DNA from: Lama guanicoe
Lineage: Eukaryota
DNA: 64,000 nt
Assembly: GCA_013239625.1 (NCBI GenBank)
Contig: MU054212.1
Coordinates: 744,001-808,000, forward strand
Reading direction: 5' to 3'
The notes beneath the pieces were generated by a model. The model saw only the letters and a list, made by a program, of their open reading frames with translations. It searched no databases and had not been told where the DNA came from. Position 1 is the stretch's first letter. Every line of letters starts with the position of its first letter. Of this stretch, positions 51,101-64,000 are shown one piece after another. The position numbers and the translations under genes were made by a program.

Positions 51101-51383
51101 TGATGTAGTTTAAAATGAGTTTCTGTGGACTTGAGGAACATGCCAGGCCCCACGGGACTGGGGCTACAGGCCCATGGGAGAAGCCCACCACATGAGGGAA
51201 GGGTCCCTGAGCTGCTCTGTTTCTGACCCAGAGCACAAAACACAGCTCTTCTCGGCCAGGGACCCAGGGTGGGCATTCTGGGCATTTTCTTTCTCACAGG
51301 AATTTCCAACACTATTTGAAAAGCAACTTCTTTTTGGACAATGTGATTAACGTCTCTATCTTTCAGTCAAATACGGAACTAAG

Positions 51384-51467
51384 TTAGCTCTTCCTGTGTC
51401 CTTCTTTACTTCGGAGGAGACGCAATATACGCTCATTTTTGGTTAGTTCTGCTGGAAGTTCATTGGC
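51384..51467 (-). CDS. ANKRD29: ANKRD29 last coding exon
   Basis: tcag|GCC...AGC TAA; ANELPAELTKNERILRLLRSKEGHRKS*. Confidence 0.92.
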   Translation of the reverse strand, partial: ANELPAELTKNERILRLLRSKEGHRKS

Positions 51468-54400
51468 CTGAAAGAAGATGAGACAGGAATCAGTGACTTC
51501 CCACAGCCGGTGTGGTTTTAGGGGCTCCAAAGAGAGGCCCCTGAGCCACGCTTGCTCCTCCACTGATGAAGAACCCCACTGGACTCAGTCTTCTGGGGCA
51601 AAGCATTCAAGGTTTTCTTTAAATGTATTTAAATGTAAATATCACCAGGGTCCACATATATTAATCACCATATCCTCAATTCCAGCACAATGCCTAGCTT
51701 ATCTAGTAAGTGCTCAATAAACAGATTTGATCATGTATTTAATTAGTTGATTATATAAGGCAGTCTGCCTGCTAGGGACTTGAGACATCTTTCGATGAGA
51801 AGGCAGAGTTTAGAAATCCCCAGAGCATAGGATACGTGGCGCAAAGCAGCTTCAGGAGCCCCCACTCCCCACTTGACCCAGTCTCACTCAACATGTTTTT
51901 GGTTTATTATTAATAAAATCTAAAACATTAATAGATACTGATAAAAATTCAAACAGTATATATAAAATTCAAAAAGTATATAAATTGCTTTTCATACCTT
52001 CCACTATTAATAGGAACCCATCCCACTTCCTCCTCCAAAAGTAGTTTGGTGTGTTTTCTCAAGACCTTTCCTCGGCTACTCTCCTGCCCCCAGTCTCTAC
52101 ATCTGACTGCTTATACAGCTGTTGAGTAGGAGGAAATACAATGACAATCATTTTTTCTGTGGTTACTGTGCAATCTCCCACCTCCAAGTTTGGCTTGATT
52201 GAAAACTAAGAAGAATTGTGAGCTATAAAACAATATGGGTTGGTTTCATAACAGCAGGGCGAAGTCCTGCTAACAATATAAAAGCAACATTTTCCCCATG
52301 CAGTCACCAAAAAGAGTACAGGCAATTCTCAAGATACGAGTATTCAACTTATGGAGGGTGGTGATTGAACTACCAGAATTTTGACATCTCGGGGACACAT
52401 CTCTGATGATAAAACACTCACGACCCTACTCCCCCCTGCCCCACTGTTACCAGAAAATCCCTGATGACACAGGGGTTATAGTATCATCCTCTGGGCCCAA
52501 ATGTACTGCTCACTCACAACCTACAATGACATCATTTTATGCCCCTCCTCCGCCCAAGTATGAAGATAGTGACTGGAGACACAGGGATGCTGTCCTGGCT
52601 TCGGTAGAAGCTGCCTTATCTCTTTGCACAGGTGCCTGATGCAGTGAAAAGATGACTAAGACGGAACCTTGTTTCTCAGAGCTGGGTCTGCCCCAGCTTC
52701 CAGGAGAAGCGCCACTGTCTTAATGTTCCCGCTGAGCACGGCCACGTGGAGCGCTGAGGTCCCGTTCTAGGAGAGAAGACAGAGTGTGTCAGGCGTGAGC
52801 TCACGGCCATCAGCACTCAGCCTGGCTTTCCTCCTGAACCAGCCTGCGCGGTGAGCCTTATGGGTTCTTCTCTTCTCTTTTCAAAGCCACGCCAGCACCT
52901 GATGTAGTGTCCGCAGGGACACAGAGGACGGTCAGTGTAAGTATTGCCAACATTCTTTTGCAAGTGAAATAAGGGATCCGCCCAGTGTGTACACGACTTT
53001 GTGTTCGCTCGGTCTGTTGTACACGCATTAGAATTTGCTATGGGAAGAACAACGATGCCATGTCAAACATTTTTTTTTCTTAGAGGATGTGTGCTTCTGG
53101 TGAGCACACGTCCTCAAGGCTGGAGGAACAGCCTGCTGACCTACGGGCTGACCTGTCAGCCTAGCTGCACACACGCCACTCGCTCTGGTGGGCAGGAGAG
53201 CCCCTGTGGGGTGACAGGGCTTAAGAGTTAGAGCAGGTGGAGGGGGGTATAGCTCAGTGGTAGAGCGCATGCTTAGCATGCATGAGGTCCTGGGTTCAAT
53301 CCCCAGTTCCTCTTCTAAAATAAATAAATTAATAAATCTAATTACCTCCCTCCACTGCCAAAAATAAATAAATTAATTAAATTTTTTTAAAAAAAGGAGT
53401 TAGAGTAGGTGGGGTGAGGACCACCTCTCCAGCCCTGAGTTGGAGCATTTCTGGGTACAGAAGGGTCTAGTGGATAGGTTGCTGACATTTTATGAAATTT
53501 ACTGCCAATGTTTATTGAAATAAGGAAGCAGTTATGTGCAGCATGTAGCTGGATTCTAGGAGGGAAGAAGAGAATACAACAAACCAAATATAAGAGGGAT
53601 GGGCAGTCATAAGTTATCTGTTCCAGAAGGTACATATATCTGTGAATGGTATCTAAATGAAAGCTTAGTTTTCAAATAAACTACTTCATATATATTAAAA
53701 ATATAAAATCCACATAAACACTGTCTGATTTTATAGACAAGTTAAATATCATATCCAGAGGAAAATTCCAGCAAGTAGAATTTTTCCATGTTTGCTATGT
53801 GTGACAATACACTAATCTGGTAACATTTCACTTATCTATATCTTAATGAACCTATCAATGTTGCCTAAATGCAATGTGGCTAACAATAAGAAACCAAGCC
53901 AAAAAAGAGCTCTTTGAAACAAGACTAGATCTTCTGAAGCTCATTTTTTTATTCATAGAGAGTTCACTTTCATAGACTGCTTACTCTTACTTTCCAAACA
54001 ATTTTTACAAGTACAGCTTTTTGACTTCCAAGTTCATGGAAGATTAGAACGAGCTCACTGCGACAGGCCAGAGGGGCCAGCACACTTGCTCTTTATTGCC
54101 TTCCCACTTCTATCAGTGCCCATGAATCTCTAACATGGAGAAAATTGCAGGTATATTCTTTAAAGAATACAATTAACCATGCACATGGTACCTGGATTCT
54201 ACTGTAGTCCCCACGTGTGGAATTCTTCATGTCTAAACTCTGTCTTTTATAGTTTGGTTAAATTTCTCTTTAGGTCTTACCTTCAATATACCGAGGGTGG
54301 GTGAGAATTTCAGCAGCTCCTCTATAACATGATTATACCCTTTGTTGGCTGCTTTCAGTAACGCTGTTGTACCATCCTTTACAGAGAGAGAAAGAGAAAA

Positions 54401-56085
54401 GCTGGTTATTTACATATGCATACGTGTGTTGGCTGAGAATGAAACGTTAGTTGAGAACTGGGAACATGCTTGTCAGAAACAGGCAAAATGTGTAAACTAA
54501 AGCACAGGCCTGTGATGAGCCTAAAGCTAAGAGCATTTTAGAGCATATTAAACAGTTAATTCTGCATGGAAGAATACCAGACAAAATACGTCACTTACTA
54601 TACTGTCTTAGAGTCCTCTCCTTTGGGAATTTATAGTCTTCTAGTGCCTCAGAATACAGGGTAAGGAACACAGGGAATTTCAAGAGGGTATTTTTAGGAC
54701 ACAGATGGACTAAAGAGGCATTCTCTGCAGTTCATGACCGAGGAATTAATTTTTTAACTCTTTTTAATGATTTAAATAACTGTTGAACTGTATCTACTGT
54801 TTTAAAATTTTAAATGTGCCTATCTTTTGCCTTCCCTTGCATACACCCTTGCTCTGGTCCTGGTATTCAGGTACCTGTTTGCCTGTGTGTGGGGGTGGGG
54901 GAGGAAGGGGAAAGAGTAGAAAGGGGACAGATTGAAATCTGTTAAAAAAGAATGCAAAGACAAGTTCAAAATTTAATATTCAGCTTCTGTCATCCTTTTT
55001 TGGCCTGAGAAGAGATTTTCCAGTTCCCCCATTCCCCTGCTTTAACACATCAATTACTGTATTTGGAAGGATTCGTTCACAGAGTTCTCTGGTAGTAAAC
55101 ACACCAGCCTGCTCTAAAGGTTTAGCTGGAATCAGGAAGAAGACAAGACCAGAGGATTTTTCTCTTCTGACTTCAGAGACTGTGGGAAGAAATAAAGAGA
55201 GAGAGAGAGTGGGAGATAGGACAGAGAAGTGGTCAGGAATGCGTCTTCTGGTTTCCCTTTCTGGGCCCAGACTTGGACAGGGAAGGTGGGTCACAGAGAC
55301 AGAGCTATTATTAAGGGCAAAGAGGCCGGATACTGAATGTATGTATGTACGTATGTTTGTATGTATGTATGTATGTATGTATGTATGTATGTATAGTAAT
55401 TGAATGAATGAATGGGAATGGCACAGCCTGTCAGAGAGCAGGGTCTCCACAAGCCGCCGTTAGTTCCTATGGCGCAAAGGGCCTGCTGTGGGACCCCCCG
55501 AGGCAAACTTAGGCGACACCAGCAGAGGCTAATTGGGCTGATGGGGGATGCGGTGCTCTGGGAGCCGGGCACTGAGGAACCACAGAACCCGGGTGTCAGC
55601 TGCACTGAGGCCCAGAAGCCAGCAGGAGGCGCAGCGCCAGGCGGACCCGCAGCCGCTGGAGACACATCCCCAAGGTCTCCTACCTCCTCCGTCCTCCCGG
55701 GTCATCCAGAGGTCAGCTCAGGTGGAAGAGGATCTCCGAGGAATTAAACATTTTCCCCCGAGAGACACTGAGCATCACTTGCTAGGTTTCAACGGACTCA
55801 GCCATTGGCTTTGCTTTCATGCTAAAGAGCAGGTGGAGGAGGTTGGGAGAAAACCCCGGGCGTTAAGAGACAAAACAAAGCCGCGTTTTCTCCGCCGCCT
55901 CAGCTGAGCGAACCTTGCGGCGGCGGTGCCTGCCTCCCCGCCCCGCACCCCGGGCCCCAGGCCGCGCAGCCGCCGCTCGCACTCACGTTGCGGGCGGAGT
56001 CGCGGTCGGCTCCGCGCAGCAGCATCACCCGCACCACCTCGCTGTGGCCCATCTGAGACGCGATCCACAGCGGCGCCGTCCCGTC
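51384..56085 (-). CDS. ANKRD29: Ankyrin repeat domain-containing protein 29, last 4 coding exons
   Basis: Phase-0 exons of 99, 96, 99 and 84 nt; the first three are about one ankyrin repeat each. They give DGTAPLWIASQMGHSEVVRVMLLRGADRDSARN/DGTTALLKAANKG.../NGTSALHVAVLSGNIKTVALLLEAGADPALRNK/ANELPAELTKNERILRLLRSKEGHRKS*. Syntenic with human. No further upstream exon was recognised in the window. Confidence 0.93.
52668..52766 (-). CDS. ANKRD29: ANKRD29 coding exon
   Basis: ctag|AAC...AAG|gttcc; NGTSALHVAVLSGNIKTVALLLEAGADPALRNK. Confidence 0.9.
53241..53396 (+). mobile_element. tRNA-Ala-derived SINE (Vic-1-like, camelid type)
   Basis: GGGGGGTATAGCTCAGTGGTAGAGCGCATGCTTAGCATGCATGAGGTCCTGGGTTCAATCCCCAG head; CTAATTACCTCCC tail; TSD GAGTTAGAG(C/T)AGGTGG. 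Confidence 0.88.
54281..54376 (-). CDS. ANKRD29: ANKRD29 coding exon
   Basis: aag|GAT...AAG|gtaag; DGTTALLKAANKGYNHVIEELLKFSPTLGILK. Confidence 0.92.
55337..55394. repeat. (ATGT)n tetranucleotide microsatellite, about 14 units, imperfect
   Basis: Direct reading. Confidence 0.95.
55987..56085 (-). CDS. ANKRD29: ANKRD29 coding exon
   Basis: gcag|GAC...AAC|gtgag; DGTAPLWIASQMGHSEVVRVMLLRGADRDSARN. Confidence 0.92.
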
Positions 56086-57959
56086 CTGCAAGAGCACACG
56101 GCATCCATGTAACGGCGGGCGCGCCGGAGAGGGCTCCCGACGCAAACCAGGAGGGTGACTTTAACCCACGGACACAGACTGGCATCGGGCAGTGCCTGGA
56201 CTAACTGGGTCATGGCTAACATTCAAGGTTTTGGCTTATAAAGGCCATCTTACGGCAAGACCTTTCACGGCGAAGTGTGATGCAGGCTCTAGGGGACACG
56301 TGCGGGGTGCGGCCAGTTGCACACCAGGCAGAACCAAATTCAACACACCCGGGAGGAGAAGCCAGCCTGTCCGTGTTTCCCCCTGACTCTGTGTGCTGCG
56401 TTACTGGCGGGTCCACACAACACACCCTGCTTCCTGGGGCCCTCTCATTCCCACAGAACAGAGGGCAGCTTCCTCTGTGGTGTGTCTGAGGGTCAAAAAA
56501 CTAAAGACACTTGTCCCACTCTGCTCCGTGTCCAAAACTCCCCACCGCCACGTAATTTTCAGGGACCACACTTTCATGCAGAATGTGATAGTGTGTCTTC
56601 TGGGAGGTGCTTTGCTCTGCCTCGTTATAGCAGAAAGATATTTCCTGTGTATTACTCACCTCACAACCCTTTTTCCTGAACAGTAGGCCATGAAGGAGAG
56701 GTGTGCTGCTCCAGAGAAGAAAAGGAGAAACATCCAAGGGACAGAGAAGGATTTGACAGGAAGGTGGTTGCTGACAGACAGGAAAATAGCAAATCCTTCC
56801 AGGGCTGGAAGGAGGCACCAGAGAGGGAGCAGGGGAGGTGAAGGTTATGAGTGCCTGTGTTTTCCTCCCAGTCTGGGTTGATTCTAGGTTGTGTAAACTA
56901 GGGTGCTAGAAAAAATATTCACGTAGATAAACTAGGGTGAATTCCAGATGGAGAAGCATTTTCTCCGGTTCTTGGGATGAAACCCAGGAACATTGCGAGC
57001 CCCTTAGAGAGGCTCTGCCCTTGGCTGGTCTGACAGGTAGAAGAGAAATGACTGTGGGAGTCATCTGGGCTCATGTTGGACATGCCCCCAATACTCTTGG
57101 TCCACGTTCACCCAGGAGTCCTTGCCTGTCTGGGGAAATCAGAAGTGCTGGGTGAACAGTGGCCTGGAGTAAGCCTGGGGTTGGGGTGATAAGGCCACAG
57201 AACATCAGGAACATTGATGATGGCAGGGCCAGCATATGGTGGACCAGCTGCATCTTCAGGGTACCAGTGCAGGATGCTCAGGGGACCAGAGGGGCTGGAC
57301 AAGCCAGCACGAGGAGCAGACAAGAGCACCCCCACCCCAAAGCCAGGGTGACAGTCTGACCTCTGAGAAGCTGGGTCACTTGGAGAGAAGGGCAGGAGGA
57401 AGGAGAATCCAGACTGACTAAACTTAACCTCTGAGGTAATTAAGGTAATATGGCCCAAAGAGACTCTTTAAGGCAGATAAGACTGAATTACTCATCAGGG
57501 GATATTCAGGCTGAAGAGCAAGATGATTCAGTTACAGAAACTCAAGTTTCACTTCCTGCTGGAGGATATAATTCCAACTCCAGGTTGCCAGCCACAGCAG
57601 GCACAAGGATGCTGCCCATTGCTGTGCTGGCAAAGGGACAGAGGAGGAAGACCACTGAGCAGGGTGAAGGATGATGGCAAATCAGGAGCCTAGAAGGATC
57701 TGGGGGTACTGAGGGGTGGGAGGAGGACACTGGCACCTCTGTCTTGGGAGCGATGGGGAAAAGCTGGAACAAAGGCTGGAAGAAGGCTGGAGACATCCTA
57801 ACATACTTCACACTTTACAAGAGCCTCTCAGAAAGATTCTTGATTCTGAATGTTATTTATTATTAGCAATATAAATATCTTCATCTGCACTTGGAGCTTA
57901 TAAAGCACTTCCACATTCATTGTTTGATTCTCCCAGTTCAGGTTGTAACCAATCATTTG

Positions 57960-58300
57960 TCACTCAAACACCCAACAATTATTAAGCATCCTCTAAGTCT
58001 CAGGCAGAGTACTAAAAACTAAAAAACAAAAACAAAAACAAAAACAGTCATGGTCTGTGTTCTCAAAGGAACGCAGTCTAGTGGAGAAGACACATGGGAA
58101 TTTCAATACGATTGCAGCACCACAGTAAAGTACAGACAAAAATGCCCCAGATGAACCAGGAGAGGGGCCTTCTTACTGCATGGGGGCCACAGGGTCAGCT
58201 TCACAAACGGGTGGTGTCTGAGCTGGGTCTTGAGAGAGGACTAGGATTTTGCCAGGTGGGAGAGAGGGGAAGGGGCCTTCTATGTAGAAGGAAGGACATT
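57960..58300 (-). mobile_element. L2 fragment
   Basis: CAACAATTATTAAGCATC...TCTCAAAGGAACGCAGTCTAGTGGAGAAGACA...TGAGCTGGGTCTTGA; approximate. Confidence 0.55.
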
Positions 58301-58440
58301 TACAGTCAGTGGCGTGGACAGGCGTGGCTGGCTCAGGCTGGGTGGGAAATCCAGCTGGATGCAGCCCAAGGGGTGTAGGCAGGACGCTGGGATGAAGGAG
58401 AGCCATTCTGGGCTCCACAAGAATTTTCCAGGGCTTCGCG

Positions 58441-58496
58441 CTGATGCCCTTTCCCTCCTGCCCTCTCTGATGCCCTTTCCCTCCTGCCCTCTCTGA
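58441..58496. repeat. Perfect 26-bp tandem duplication
   Basis: CTGATGCCCTTTCCCTCCTGCCCTCT x2 plus CTGA. Confidence 0.9.
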
Positions 58497-61400
58497 GTTC
58501 ATCTGCACTTTGTCAATACCGCCACCAGAGGGCAGGCAAGGAAAGGCAGCCAGCGGTCTGTTCCCCGTGCCTTCCAAGGGTTTGGCTGTTATTAGTTAAA
58601 TTCTATTAACTGACACTAATATGTGGGAAAATGCCAAGAGGTGCTGTAGTAGGAACTACTATTACTATCATTTCAGTAATGCTAACACACCAATGTCACA
58701 CCAGTGTTATCACCTTAACTGCAGTAGTCATGGTAGGTGGAAAAAGAAGTCACCACTTCCTGGTCGTGAGAACTTAGGCAAATCCCTCTGAGCCTCAGCA
58801 TCCCCTTCGGCAAAAATATTAGCCTCACAGAGATATTTGTGAAGGAGAAAACAGAAATGCGCTGAGCACAAGGACTGTCTAACAGATGCTTAGAAAATGG
58901 TAACTGAATCTGAATATTATTTATCATGAAAAACAGTAAGCAACTTTCATTTGTATTTTTGTTTACAAAGTATTCCATATGCTTTATTTAATTTGATTCT
59001 CCCAGTTATCCTGTGAGGTAACTGACTGAGCAGGTAAGAGTGACTGGGACAATGAGATTTGGAAGAACCTGTGTGTTTCATCACTGGTGCTTACTTCTCC
59101 AAATCTGAGTTTTGAACCCAGGAAGTTGAATGTGAATTAGAGCATTTGTCAGATCTAATTATTTATCAGTTGATTATCTAGTTTGTGAAGAGGAATAGAT
59201 TTTCCTCTTTCATACACCTCAATTTCTGTTTTCTCATATGTTTTCCTTCTATTACAATAGTCAGAATCTTCATTGTGAAGATGATTTCATAATAAAAATG
59301 ACAGAAATTAAATCAACTGAGCTCCTTTCCGTAGTTTTGGAGAGAACCAGAGTAGGAAAAACATATCTGAAGATATCTATATAAATTTATAAATACTTCT
59401 TGACAAAAATATAGTTTTAAAGTGTCCTAAATCAAAGAAATCGTCATGAAGGAGAAGTACAACCTCATAGCACTTTTTTTTTTTTAAAAAGGAAACAGAA
59501 CATCTGGTTTGGAGAAGGTGGGATTCACGGGGGCTAAGACAGCTGTCATTTACGATGTGTGTGCACACCAGGAGGAAAAGGACTTAGACTTATTTTGCAT
59601 GCCAAGTGATACACTGACTCAATGTACGAAAGAAATGCTAATTAGGGCTGGTTAAAGACTAACTAGATGATGAGGAAGTAATGAGTTCCCTACGTGCGGA
59701 GACGTTCAACAGTTGCTAATCACGAATCAGCAGGATTGACAGAGAAAGGCTTCTGGTGCCTGATGGATGGTTAAATAGGGGACTTCTGCAGTTCCTTCCA
59801 GCTCTGTTATCCCCTCATTCCATTTGAGGTAATATTTTCCAAGTCTCCTCTAATATATTTTTATAGAGAGGTCATAGCACGAGATGGAGTATATGATGTG
59901 ACTTGTATTAGAGGTTATATTTTATTTGATCTTATTTAGGCTCTTAAAGATGACTTAGAAGAAAGAATTAAAACCATAAAACCATTCTGTACCATAGCAG
60001 TGGATCTATTAAGTGGCACGGGCTCTTTACTTCTACCGCCTTCCAGTACCCATACTTAGGCTACTTCACCTGCAGGCTTGAGCCAGACAGCAAGTCCTGG
60101 GGACCAATTCTACTCAAAGGTGGGGGTTTAAGACATTATAAGGAACCTCATCAGTAACAGAGGGGGTTCAATATGGAGACAATTTTGCTACCAGCCTTGG
60201 AGCCCTGACCTGGGGCCCATTTCTCATTACTGTGTCCCTCCACTCTGTGTCCTTGGTCCAGCCAAAGAGTCTGTAAAAGATGTTCCCAGATGCCTGCATT
60301 GCCCACACCCTGACCCATTCTCCCAGCCACAGGTGATTGGACCAAGGATGGGCGGGCCAGCCAGTCCACTGTGGCCTGGGGGTGAGGACGAGCTGCCACA
60401 ATGACATGGCTACCCCAAGAGTTTGGGAGTCTGACCTGTAAACTTCAGGACATACAAGGTAAGTAGGCTGAGGAAGCTGATCAAAATAAAAGAGTCATGG
60501 GAAAGAAACACAGGCAAGAAGGGAGCCTGAGATGACAGAAGCCACGTGGCTTGCGGGGGAAAGAGAACAGCCTTGATTTCTGATGGGTCTTCTGTTCCAG
60601 GGAGGCCTGGATGGAACGGAAATGATAGCGCCCGACACCCCCTCGGCACTTGGTGCACACTGGCCACCGCAGGAGGAGCTTTGCGGGGATTATTTAACTC
60701 TCACAATACTCCTGTAGCAAAGGTACCCTTATTATCGTGGTTTTACAGTTGGAAAAAAATGAGATTCAGGGAGAGTAAAGCGACTTGCTTGATTGAGGTC
60801 ATGCAGCTCATAAGCAAAACTGAGACTGTGTTTCATTTCCTCGTCCATATCCTCATGACTGTCAAGCCACTCAGTCCCCCAGCCCCCACCTCCAGCCCCG
60901 AGACCTGGGTCTGGCTCCCCGACTCCCCCAGAGTCTTCCTGGGACTGGTGTCCTGTCCATGAACCTGGGCCCAACATCTGGGCCTTGTTCCAGTTCCCAG
61001 TCACTCACCACTACTTCCTGCAGCCTTCCAGGCCCCAGGGTGTCCTCTGGCGGTCAACACACCTTCTCTGAGCACAGAGGGAGTGTGAGCAGTAGGGCCT
61101 CCTTATGTCTGTCCACTCCCACCTCGAAGCCCTCAGGAGACTGTACCAATCTGTTGGCTCTACGCTGTACCATCGCCCACCACTGGGTCGGCCCCTCCAA
61201 GCTTGCTACCAGGGAGAAACGGTACTGTCTGGGTCCCAGCGTCTCTGCACACAAGTCCAAACCAAGGCTTCTGTTCGAGAAGGCACTTTATGAGATGGCC
61301 TTTCTGTCAGGCTTCCAAGAAACACCGATCAGCACATTAAGAGGACCAGACAGAGATGAGTGATGACAGGCCAGCCTCAGCTCCAGGGAAACAGAGCCAG

Positions 61401-62106
61401 AGCTTTGCCTCTCTATAAAAGCATTGTTTTAATAAGCTGCGTGAGTTGAGCTGGGAAAAGTGTACATCAAAGCACTCTGTTGACAGAGAAACAGACTCAT
61501 CAGCCACCTCAGCTAGTGATTAAAAAGGTTTGACATGTATCAGCTCTACATGGTGAGGATGCACAGAAAGAACCGAAAATGAGGCTTGAGACTGACCGGA
61601 CTTTGATGACCTCTATGACTCCTGACCGCTTTATCTGGGACAACTGAGAAGAGACACTTTTTCAAGCTTCAAATCAAGAACTTACTCTTTCCAAGAATCT
61701 GCCTATGACTTGATTTGTGATTACGATTCCTTCTCATAAGAGTACAAAGAAGGTTTTCAGTTAATTCCTCAGTGATAGAAGGAAAAGCCATTCCTACTAC
61801 TGTACAGATTCCCTGCAGCTCAGATCAAATGTCAGGTGAATAATTTCAATGCAACTTCGTTAACATCCTGTGACAGCGTACCACATGTCAGGACTCCACA
61901 GGATGGCACAGCAAAAATTAGAAATCAGATTTATCTAAAAATATTAAGAAACGAAACCAGGCAGATATCCTTGTCCTTATTTTATAAATTCAAGAATTTT
62001 CTGACAGTGATTCAACGTGTTAGCTGAGATTTCAGAATAAAACACTGGCTTCCAAATGGCCTACCTATATAACATTCTGCATTGTGCAGGCCATTTTAAA
62101 GGAAAC

Positions 62107-62252
62107 TTAAAAAAAATTATTTAGTTTGTTTTGGAGGGGGAGGTAATTAGGTTTATTTATTTAAAAAAAATTTTTAATGAAGGTGTTGGGGATTGAACCC
62201 AGAACTTCGTGCATGCTAAGCACACACTTTACCAGAGTTATACCCATCCCCC
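62107..62252 (-). mobile_element. tRNA-Ala-derived SINE (Vic-1-like), more diverged copy
   Basis: Reverse complement of the same head (GGTTCAATCCCC, CTTAGCATGCACG) and tail (AAATAAACCTAATTACCTCCCCC). Confidence 0.8.
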
Positions 62253-64000
62253 TTAATGGAAACATTTAATCAGACTTTTTTTTTAACCTCTTCATAACTT
62301 GTGACAAAGTCAGTGGTGACATATCACTTTTGCTATATTTATGACAGTTCTCGTTTTGCTGGAACGGAAATTAAATACACAGAGTTTACTCTTTCAGACA
62401 AGACAGAGTTTGGACTAGTCTGACCTGGCTAGATAACCTTTAATTATAAGCTTGTGGAAGGTAGTAAAACGATCGTAGTTTGAGGGTACAAAGGGGTTAG
62501 TGTACTCTACGAAAAGGCAAAATTTCATCACTTTCCCCGGCCAAAGCAGCTCTTATTGTATAAAACACTTCTTCCTACATAACAATCTTCTCAGGGCTGG
62601 ACTCTCACAATTCCCAACAACTGCATTAGATGCAGTCTTTAAAAAGGCAGGTCACATTCTCCGTGGCCGGAGGGTGGGAGGTGTGTTGTGACGACCACGG
62701 CACTGCTGGTTCGCTCTTTAACTGCTTGGCTTTACTGTCATCTCATGACTCAATTTAGATTTAAATGGATACAATCCAGGCAACATTTGTAATATCATCT
62801 CTTACGTCAACTTGGTGTTTTACAAACTGTACGTAAGGTATACAAATAATGCAACTTATTTTACAAATAGATTTTTCAAAGTGCCAGATGTCCAGATAGA
62901 CTTGATCATCTTGATAATCTCATTTCTAAATTCACAGTGGTACCTTCAAGAATGGCCTCCAAATCAAACTTACACAACCTAAAAATAACCAATTCTTTTT
63001 ATTAGTTTCAATAAAATGAACCTCTGACTCAGAATCAATCAACAATTTCAAAACAAGGAACAACAAGAAAACACTAAATTCCAATTCCCAAACATCAACA
63101 TCAGCAGGTAAGGAAGTGCTACTTTTTCTAAGTTTCTGTTCCCAGAAGTATTCCTGGGGCTGTCCAAACCTAAGAATATTTTTAAAATCCTAAAAATATG
63201 ACCTTACAGTCATAGTAGTGTCTGACACATAAGTGCTCAAGAGATACTGACTGAACAGTGAATAAAACAATTGTCAAAAATTTGGGAGCTTGACGATGTT
63301 ATCAGGATCATCCTGTCCAGCCTTCTAATTTTCAGATGAAGGAAGAGCGGTCCAGAGAGGTTGACTTACTTGTTCAAAACCACACCGCTAGTTACTGGCA
63401 GAGCGGAACCTAGAACTCAGGATTCCTGACCTCAAGTCCACTTTGCCCAAAGTCTCTTTATTTTCTCAGGTTCCTCATGCACTTGGATTTTTAAAGATTG
63501 AAGGAGCCTGCGGCCAAGAGCTCAGACCAACCATAATGTTCCCACAGCTATTCATTAGGTAGCAGGTGGGCCTTCCCACAAGTCATGACGCCGTGGGAAT
63601 CTGCCCGCGTGTCATTTACTGGTTAAAAAAATCACCTTGATTTTTCCTTAGAAAACTACCTTTAAAGTAATGCTACCCTACTCTGAAATGGTTTATTAAA
63701 AACAAACTAATTAGTGCAGAAATAGATCCTACATAAGAGAGGCTAATTATAAAGCCTTACATTGGGAGGTTCTTTACTGTTTATGAAGGCAGCCTGTATT
63801 ACCTTGTAGTTCTGTTCCTTTCCATCTCAGTTAATTGATTTGCCAGATAACATCTTGCTTTTGAAACGGAGTCTCAATAGTGCTGCAACTGGTGAGAGAT
63901 GAAGGTACAGAACCCGGTAATGATTCCAACAAGACGGGCTCCTCTTTGGTTCAGCACAACAGGTGGTGGGTTAGAGGTAAGGCAGAGTGTCAGCAGAGGG

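Noticed and set aside
53243..53314. Apparent tRNA-Ala(AGC) gene
   Set aside because: Acceptor-stem mismatch, SINE-specific tail, A-rich end and target-site duplication, plus two related copies in the window: a SINE, not a tRNA gene.
54980..55450. 156-aa ORF with YIHT repeats
   Set aside because: Translation of the (ATGT)n microsatellite.
56086..64000. Further ANKRD29 exons or a hidden gene in the last 8 kb
   Set aside because: No ankyrin-like exon with splice sites was recognised by eye; the region reads as intron with MIR, L2, SINE and possibly old LTR fragments. A spliced alignment would be needed to exclude a small exon.

Overview
Mammalian genomic DNA carrying the conserved RMC1(C18orf8)-NPC1-ANKRD29 block. 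Three tRNA-Ala-derived SINEs resemble the camelid Vic-1 family, so the host is probably a camelid. The window contains: (i) the last 11 coding exons of RMC1 on + (269..7202), including one U12-type intron; (ii) the complete 25-exon NPC1 gene on - (CDS 46662..7692, 3834 nt, 1277 aa), with every exon bounded by GT-AG and in phase, plus its CpG-island promoter; (iii) the last 4 coding exons of ANKRD29 on - (56085..51384). The rest is intron or intergenic DNA with L1, L2, MIR, Tigger1, MER58A, young SINEs and a clean solo LTR about 1 kb upstream of NPC1. I found no new multi-gene system. The most unusual signals are a 791-bp near-identical tandem duplication copying the acceptor and 5' half of NPC1 exon 9 (real allele or haplotype mis-assembly), a 21-nt in-frame duplication of the exon 21 end and donor, and back-to-back poly(A) signals where the RMC1 and NPC1 3' ends overlap. 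Gene, residue and repeat names come from my recall of the human proteins and repeat consensi, not from a database search. Most ORF-track entries are spurious intronic frames.
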